Assembly: GCA_965213925.1 (NCBI GenBank)
Contig: OZ243927.1
Location: forward strand, 4,192,001-4,256,000
Direction of reading: 5' to 3'
Length of the DNA stretch: 64,000 nt
Source: Trueperaceae bacterium
Lineage (GTDB): Bacteria > Deinococcota > Deinococci > Deinococcales > Trueperaceae
Shown: piece after piece, positions 58,345 through 64,000 of the stretch
Position numbering within the stretch: position 1 is the first letter of the stretch
How the letters are laid out: each line of letters begins with the position of its first letter
The notes under the pieces: model-generated
Told to the model about the DNA's origin: nothing
Database searches by the model: none
Seen by the model: only the letters and a program-made list of their open reading frames with translations
Position numbers and translations under genes: made by a program

Positions 58345-58821
58345 ATGTCTGACGTTCGTAGGGAAGATTTTACCGGTAACCTCTTCACCTTTCTCGTCGA
58401 GACCTTCGAAGGTCCACCGAAGTCTGCTAGTGCTTACTTAGACCAGAAGGCAGGGCTGTTCGACACGCTCGAGCACCTCTCGGCAGACCGAGCCTCACAA
58501 CCTGTCACCGAAGGCGCGACAAGTATTGCCGCCCAAGTCGAGCACATACGCTTTTACATGGACGTGCTCGAGCAGTTCATGGATGGACGGACCGAAAAGG
58601 TTGATTGGAAAGACAGTTGGGGCGTACAGAAGGTGACGCCCGAAGCGTGGGCGACTTTGAAACGAGACCTAAAAGCCGCGTACGACAGCGTCACCGAGAA
58701 GTTCGAAAGCACAAACGAGTGGGGAGATGATGAAGTGGGTGACCGCCTAGCAATCGTTGTTCACACGGCGTACCATCTAGGGGCGATTCGTCAGATGGTT
58801 AAGGTGATAACTGCAACTTGA
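58345..58821 (+). CDS. DinB family protein
   Basis: SIAAQVEH...HTAYHLGAIRQ. Confidence 0.82.
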   Translation: MSDVRREDFTGNLFTFLVETFEGPPKSASAYLDQKAGLFDTLEHLSADRASQPVTEGATSIAAQVEHIRFYMDVLEQFMDGRTEKVDWKDSWGVQKVTPEAWATLKRDLKAAYDSVTEKFESTNEWGDDEVGDRLAIVVHTAYHLGAIRQMVKVITAT

Positions 58822-58948
58822 GGTGAGCGAAGCAACTTGGCGCATGGTTGAGAAAACTCCACCTCTTCGTTAGGAGCGAAGAACGTAGGCAGATCGCTTC
58901 TGAAAGCGTCCATATAGGGTTTGTCAAAATCTCGGTTGTGAAGTTGCA

Positions 58949-59389
58949 TCACGGTTCAAGGCTTCCCCCAAGCCAATGCACCTCCAACCCAGCAGCCTGA
59001 GCAAACCGCGCTTGTTGCTTGTCATTCGTTACAAAGCCGCGTGTTCCGTAGCGCAGACAGCTTGCAACGTGCAGCGCGGCAAGTGTCCTGCTCGGTTGAT
59101 GAACGTCACCTAAAAGCCGAACTGCTTCGCTCAAAGTATCTTGGCTCAGCTCTAAACGCCGCGGGGTTCTGGAGAGGTCGTAGCGTGCTCTTTCGAAGAT
59201 ACGCGCTGCTTGTTCAGTACTGAGAACGCCCGCTCGCTCATACCTGGCTAGCCCGGAGCGCAGTTCAACGAGGGTTAAAGTGGAGGTGACGAGCTGTCCG
59301 AAATCTCGCGACAGAGCGGCTTGCGCAGCCTTGGAGGTTGACTCGCTGAGGTAGAGCGGCAAGATAGCACTTGTATCAAAGTACCTAAT
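58949..59389 (-). CDS. VapC/PIN toxin, probably attenuated
   Basis: YFDTSAI, LVELRS, RTLAALH (Asp replaced), VTNDKQQ; only ATT/GTT available as an in-frame start. Confidence 0.78.
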   Translation of the reverse strand: MRYFDTSAILPLYLSESTSKAAQAALSRDFGQLVTSTLTLVELRSGLARYERAGVLSTEQAARIFERARYDLSRTPRRLELSQDTLSEAVRLLGDVHQPSRTLAALHVASCLRYGTRGFVTNDKQQARFAQAAGLEVHWLGGSLEP

Positions 59390-59630
59390 AACGCTCGCCT
59401 TGCCGCGCTTCTACGATGATGTTCGTTTCAACGTGTACGCCTAAAGACGCTCTAAACGCTTCTAACGCTTCAACGTCAATGGGCTCGGCACTCTCGGTGG
59501 ACCTGAGTTCTGCGCTCGGCTTACCGCGCCTTGTAATCGTGACCGTTTTGCCACGCTCGACGAGGTCAAGATACGCTGCTAAATTGTCACGAAATTCGGT
59601 CATGCTGACCTGAAGAGGTAGATTATCCAT
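59385..59630 (-). CDS. Phd/YefM family antitoxin
   Basis: VSMTEFRDNLAAYLDLVERGKTVTITRRGKPSAEL. Confidence 0.9.
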   Translation of the reverse strand: MDNLPLQVSMTEFRDNLAAYLDLVERGKTVTITRRGKPSAELRSTESAEPIDVEALEAFRASLGVHVETNIIVEARQGERY

Positions 59631-59638
59631 ACACTAAT

Positions 59639-59653
59639 TGTACATTATGTACA
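59639..59653. promoter_or_regulatory. putative TA operator overlapping the -10 box
   Basis: TGTACATTATGTACA palindrome just upstream of the antitoxin ATG. Confidence 0.65.
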
Positions 59654-59730
59654 GAAGCGTGATCGTATCTTTTAGGGTATCGTTGTATCAAGTTAAGTGC
59701 AATATACCCCTCTTACGAATTGGAGACCAT

Positions 59731-61515
59731 TCAACGCATATCTTGGTCTTCATCCGGCTCACCGGGGAAGGGATCGGGCTCTATAGGCGGCTCCCCCTCC
59801 ACGGGCGGTTCCACCTCATCATCCGAAGGCGCGTCCTCACCTTCAGCCCCGCCTCCTGCGCCACCACTTTCGTCACCAGTCGCTTCCCCATCTTCACCAG
59901 CCACCTCAACCGTGAGGATTTCGCTGCCGCGCACCGGATAAGGGAGCGACAAGCGCGTGAGTTCTCGCAGTTCGTCGTCTACGTACGCTTCGACGATGAG
60001 GTCGCTCGAGGGGTCGTTCTGCCGCAACACCTCTAAAAGCTCGTCAAAGGAGAGAAGCGGTTCGCCGTCGCCGGTGGCTTCGCCGGGCTCTAAACCACCT
60101 CTTACTGTAAGGTCGAGCGGTCCTGAAAGCTCGTCGGGTAGGGGAATGCGTAACGTTTCCACCTCAGGCTCGGCGCGGTAGGGCTGCAAACGGACGTAAG
60201 CGGTGAGCATCTCGCCCGGCAGCACGTCGCCCTCGCCCTCGCGCACCACCTCGACGATGTCGGCGTAGCGCTCCTCTTTCTCGTAACTAACCGTCAAGTT
60301 GACGCGCTCGATGTCGGGGTCTTCGAAAACGTTCTGGGCGAGAATCTCCAGAGGCTGCGCCGCCAGTCCTGCACTCGCCGCCGCGATGTCGGCGGGGTCG
60401 CTGATTTGCTCCAAAAGGCGCACGGTTTCGCCGCCCGCCAACCTAATCTCCCAAGCGAGGTCGGCGGTTCCTTGGCTCACTTGCTCTAAAACCTCATCAA
60501 AGGCTTGCACGCTCGCCGCCGCCAAAAGAGGTGCGTAAAAACGCTCGTCGCTCGTCACTTCGAAGCGCTTCGTCACGCTGCCCGCGTCGCCGTTCAAGGT
60601 GAGCGTCACCGGGATGAAGTCGGGCTGCTCGCCCACTAAGCCGCTGATCGCGTAGGGGCGGTCCTGCGTGATCGCGCCTAAAATTCGCTTGCCGTTGTCC
60701 GCTAGCTTAAAGGGCACGTCTTTGCTCGGCACGATGTACGAGACGTAGGCGGGCGCGAGCGCCAGCGAGACGCCGCCCTGACCCGACAGCGGATGCCCGA
60801 ACGCCCATAATTTTCCGTCCTCGATAAGCGTCACCGTGCCGACTGCGCCGATCGTGATGTCGCCGCGCACGAGTTGGACGCTCACGGCGCTGCCCGGTTC
60901 TAAGGAATAGTCCGCGTCCTGCTCGCCCTGCTCGGTCCAGCTTCCGCTACTCTGCACGGGAAGTAAAGAGGTCTGACCGCTGGCGAAGAGGTCTTTTAGA
61001 GGCTGCGTCGCCCGCTCAGAAAGCCCCGCCATGAGGAGCGGCGTACGTACGGGAACCGCGTCCGCTAAATCCAAAGTTACATCTCCAAAAGGTTCGGGGG
61101 AGTCGAGTGACGCTTCGGCTTGCACCCCCGGCTTAGCGCGTCGCATCGTCTCGATGGGCGTGACGAGCCCTAAGCCCACCTCACTATTAGGAAAGGTGAA
61201 GCCGATGGCTCCTAAAAGGGCGTCTTCACCGTCCAGGGACAGATAAACAGGACTCCCGCTCATCCCCGCTGCGATGCCGCCCGAACGCTCGATAAAGTCG
61301 CCACTTGCGCGGATGAGCACGAGCGGAAAGCCCGTGCCTACGTCATACTGCAGCGCTAAAATCTCGACGGGAAAACGCTCCAAGACGTTGCCCGCCCCCG
61401 CCGTAATCGCGTAGCCTGTCTGACCGGGTTCTAAATTTTCTAAAGGATAGGTTTGTGCGTAGACGCTAGATAATCCTGTAAAAAAAATGGTGAGGACACA
61501 GAGAAAAAACTTCAT
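59731..61515 (-). CDS. SpoIVB peptidase S55 domain protein
   Basis: Signal peptide; GIAAGMSGSPVY, AVGTVT...AFGHP. Confidence 0.88.
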   Translation of the reverse strand: MKFFLCVLTIFFTGLSSVYAQTYPLENLEPGQTGYAITAGAGNVLERFPVEILALQYDVGTGFPLVLIRASGDFIERSGGIAAGMSGSPVYLSLDGEDALLGAIGFTFPNSEVGLGLVTPIETMRRAKPGVQAEASLDSPEPFGDVTLDLADAVPVRTPLLMAGLSERATQPLKDLFASGQTSLLPVQSSGSWTEQGEQDADYSLEPGSAVSVQLVRGDITIGAVGTVTLIEDGKLWAFGHPLSGQGGVSLALAPAYVSYIVPSKDVPFKLADNGKRILGAITQDRPYAISGLVGEQPDFIPVTLTLNGDAGSVTKRFEVTSDERFYAPLLAAASVQAFDEVLEQVSQGTADLAWEIRLAGGETVRLLEQISDPADIAAASAGLAAQPLEILAQNVFEDPDIERVNLTVSYEKEERYADIVEVVREGEGDVLPGEMLTAYVRLQPYRAEPEVETLRIPLPDELSGPLDLTVRGGLEPGEATGDGEPLLSFDELLEVLRQNDPSSDLIVEAYVDDELRELTRLSLPYPVRGSEILTVEVAGEDGEATGDESGGAGGGAEGEDAPSDDEVEPPVEGEPPIEPDPFPGEPDEDQDMR

Positions 61516-61623
61516 TACATCCACTATAAACCGCACGTCTGAGCGTTCGCTGACCTGCCTGGACAAGGGGGAACGAACAAGTTGTGATGAAATATTTCTT
61601 ACAAAGCTAAAAGTTTGGGGCAT

Positions 61624-61947
61624 TTACGCATGTTGCTTCGACGCCAAGTGCTGCTGACCCCAAGCGTCAATCGCGTCGATGACGTCCTGGAGCGCTAAGC
61701 CCGCCTCGGTCAAACGGTAAGAGGTGCGCGGCGGCATGGTGGATTGGATGCGCTTTTGGAGGACGCCAGCGTTTTCTAACCGCTCGAGCCTCTGCGTCAG
61801 CGTCGTCGGGTTGCACCCGCCGATGTCGCGCCCTAATTCATTGAACCCTTTCGCACCTTGCAAGAGCGAGCGCACGATGTGGAGCGTCCACTTCTCCTGC
61901 AAGAGGTTGATGGATTCGTAAACGGGGCAAAAGTCGTGTTCAGCCAT
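61624..61947 (-). CDS. HxlR family winged-helix regulator
   Basis: CPVYESINLLQEKWTLHIV...PPRTSYRLTEAG; divergent from wrbA. Confidence 0.92.
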   Translation of the reverse strand: MAEHDFCPVYESINLLQEKWTLHIVRSLLQGAKGFNELGRDIGGCNPTTLTQRLERLENAGVLQKRIQSTMPPRTSYRLTEAGLALQDVIDAIDAWGQQHLASKQHA

Positions 61948-62085
61948 CTCTGCTATCATTCTAACACACAAACTTTGTAAGCTGGAGTAGTTGACAATCT
62001 ATAGTACTCTATATTATGGTTAAACGAGTCAAACGGACGCACAAAGTTTCAGCCAGTAAGCTTCACCCTTTCAGGAGGTCACACT

Positions 62086-62763
62086 ATGCCAACAAACGTA
62101 CTCATCCCTTTTTACAGCACCTTCGGTCACACCTACAAGATGGCGCAAGCCGTTCATGAGGGCGCGAGCGGCGTTTCGGACACCGAGGTGAGACTCCGCC
62201 GCATCCCTGAACTCGAGCAGGCACGTCAAGCCATGTCCGGCATGGACGCCTACAATCAGGCGCAAGAGGCGATGTCCGAGCACCCCGAAGTTACCCACGA
62301 CGATTTGCGCTGGGCGGACGGCATCATCTGGGGCTCGCCCACGCGCTACGGCAATATGACCGCGCAGATGAAGCAGTTTATCGACACGACGGGCCCCTTG
62401 TGGCAAAACGGCGAGTTGGAAGATAAGGCGACGGGCATGTTCACCAGCACCGCCACAATTCATGGCGGGCAAGAAACCACAATTATTACAAGCCTAGTTC
62501 CCTTCTTGCACCTCGGCATGATTTTTGTTGGCACGCCGTACGGTCAAAACCCGCAGATGATGGTGACGGACGGCATCGGCGGCTCCCCCTACGGACCCGC
62601 CACCCTCGCAGGCGGTGACGGTTCGCGTCAACCCGTCGAAGACGAGCTGGTGACAGCACGAAATCTGGGCAGCCGCGTCGCTAAGGTGGCGGCGGCGATG
62701 AAGCAGGTACGCGCTGATAATCAGCAGGGTCAGCAGGGGGACGCTGACACGTACAGCGAGTAG
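62086..62763 (+). CDS. wrbA: NAD(P)H:quinone oxidoreductase WrbA
   Basis: FYSTFGHT, GSPTRYGNM, STATIHGGQETT, GGSPYG. Confidence 0.93.
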   Translation: MPTNVLIPFYSTFGHTYKMAQAVHEGASGVSDTEVRLRRIPELEQARQAMSGMDAYNQAQEAMSEHPEVTHDDLRWADGIIWGSPTRYGNMTAQMKQFIDTTGPLWQNGELEDKATGMFTSTATIHGGQETTIITSLVPFLHLGMIFVGTPYGQNPQMMVTDGIGGSPYGPATLAGGDGSRQPVEDELVTARNLGSRVAKVAAAMKQVRADNQQGQQGDADTYSE

Positions 62764-62782
62764 GTCCAGATTCGGTAATTGT

Positions 62783-62818
62783 AAAGAGGTTGGCGCTTAG
62801 GTGCTGACCTCTTTTTTG
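62783..62818 (+). terminator. intrinsic terminator
   Basis: AAAGAGGTTGGCGC-ttag-GTGCTGACCTCTTTTTT. Confidence 0.75.
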
Positions 62819-62847
62819 TGGCGCTGTCTCTTCGTAAAATAAATGAC

Positions 62848-63210
62848 GTGTCTGTCACCGAGCCTCCCTTTAGCCCGCAACTCTTCTTGCTCATCGTCCT
62901 CTTTTTCTTGGCGATTGCAGTGGGTGCGCTGCAACTCGCCGCTGTCATCCTGAAAGCGCCGCACCGCAGCTTTGCGCGGGCGCTCGTCGGGGCGACGGTG
63001 GGCGCGATTTTCTATGCGTTCGGTTCGCTGCTTGCGCTCTTCGGTCTCACTATCGCCTTTATCTGCACGTCGATGGCGTACGCCTCGATTTTGGGGACGG
63101 CTCTGCCAAGAGGTCTGGCGGCGGCGGCGCTGCAACTTCTCTTTGTAGGTGCGTTGGTGGCGATTTTTCGGTTTTTAGGGCTGTTTCAGCTTTTGCGGGA
63201 TGTAGCTTGA
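62848..63210 (+). CDS. small multi-TM hypothetical protein
   Basis: Four hydrophobic segments; GTG 7 nt after TAAAAT. Confidence 0.6.
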   Translation: MSVTEPPFSPQLFLLIVLFFLAIAVGALQLAAVILKAPHRSFARALVGATVGAIFYAFGSLLALFGLTIAFICTSMAYASILGTALPRGLAAAALQLLFVGALVAIFRFLGLFQLLRDVA

Positions 63211-63239
63211 GGGTTTGGTTTGTTGGTGGAGAATCAGCG

Positions 63240-63485
63240 GAATTTCTACTGAGATTGTGTCACGCAGGAATCATCCCTAAATGTGGTTACTCAGAAATGC
63301 TTTATCCGCTAAGAGTGTTTGTGACCGGATGATACCCGCTGTAAAATTAGAGAAATTTTCACTGAGATTGTCTCACGCTTACGAAGTTTTCGCTCCGCGA
63401 AGGGAATCATCTCTGAATGTGATTGCTCGGAGGACGCTTCGTCCACTGGGAGCGTCCCTAGTCAGATGATACCTGCTATAAATTC
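63240..63485. repeat. two tandem copies of repeat family D
   Basis: ACTGAGATTGTSTCACGC...GGAATCATC...GATGATACCYGCTRTA occurs twice. Confidence 0.75.
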
Positions 63486-63618
63486 TGCGTGGGTAGGCTA
63501 GCCACGCCTACAGCTACCGAACGTATCGGTCTAAAGTGTCACTCTCCGAAGAGCCACGCAGTACATGAGTTTAGAATGTGAGCCTAAGTTTGTCATGAGA
63601 GTGTCAGCCTTAATTAGA

Positions 63619-64000
63619 TTACATAAGATGCTGACCATTGACGTCTAACCCAAACGTACAGCCCAAAAACTCCGAGGCGCTGCGGCACATGACCATGCGG
63701 GCTAACGAAATTTCGAAGTAATCCATCACCGAGGCAATGTCGGCATCTATTTCGAGTTCCAACGTGATGCAGCACTTATCTGGCTCCACGCGCAAGAACG
63801 ATCCTGTCACGGCGTAGTTGACCCGGTCGTGGATGTCGAAGTTCGAGTCTGTGTTGGAGTCTTGGACCCTCGAGCGGTGCACGTCCGCCTTGTCCGCCAA
63901 GATGAGCGCCGCTGCGATAGGGCTCGTCGCGTGCCCCCGCGCCTCCTCGTGGTTGCCGATGGCTCCCATAATCAGCGCGATTTCGCCCATGTCCATGCCC
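63619..64000 (-). CDS. HD-domain phosphohydrolase, 3' part
   Basis: [32 protein letters not shown]. Confidence 0.8.
   Translation of the reverse strand, partial: GMDMGEIALIMGAIGNHEEARGHATSPIAAALILADKADVHRSRVQDSNTDSNFDIHDRVNYAVTGSFLRVEPDKCCITLELEIDADIASVMDYFEISLARMVMCRSASEFLGCTFGLDVNGQHLM

Noticed and set aside
63240..63485. Tandem repeats as a mini-CRISPR
   Set aside because: Only two degenerate palindromic units, with a dispersed third copy at 30113; no cas genes

Overview
Chromosomal window, about 57-60% GC by eye. It most likely comes from a Deinococcota (Truepera/Trueperaceae-like) bacterium; this is inferred from gene content, leaderless TAnnnT promoters, Deinococcus-type small repeats and CTCGAG enrichment. 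The housekeeping backbone includes lipB, a cold-shock protein, trmH, trxB, a tRNA nucleotidyltransferase, coaE, tkt, bioY, two cyclophilins, purL-purF, an RluA synthase, plsX, mscS, rimO, pilT, fabZ and wrbA. Two low-GC defence islands interrupt it. (1) 40064-45173: a translationally coupled three-gene operon encoding a motor-less HsdR_N nuclease-N6 methyltransferase fusion, an HsdS subunit, and a 515-aa protein fusing a DGQHR/DndB-like domain to a nucleoside-deoxyribosyltransferase/TIR-like domain. This is the best candidate for an undescribed anti-phage system. (2) 51455-53831: a DpnII-like two-methyltransferase cassette whose nuclease is a single-domain MutH/Sau3AI-like protein. Other notable signals are an unannotated ~170-nt structured RNA carrying a 15/16 complement of the 16S rRNA 3' end, an ECF sigma/anti-sigma locus beside two lipoproteins that share a duplicated N-terminal cassette, a PspA/J-domain locus, a recurring xTGG motif in secreted proteins, at least four families of small inverted-repeat elements (one disrupts a gene), and three decaying toxin-antitoxin modules. 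No rRNA, tRNA or CRISPR array was seen. All calls come from reading the sequence by eye, with no database searches.
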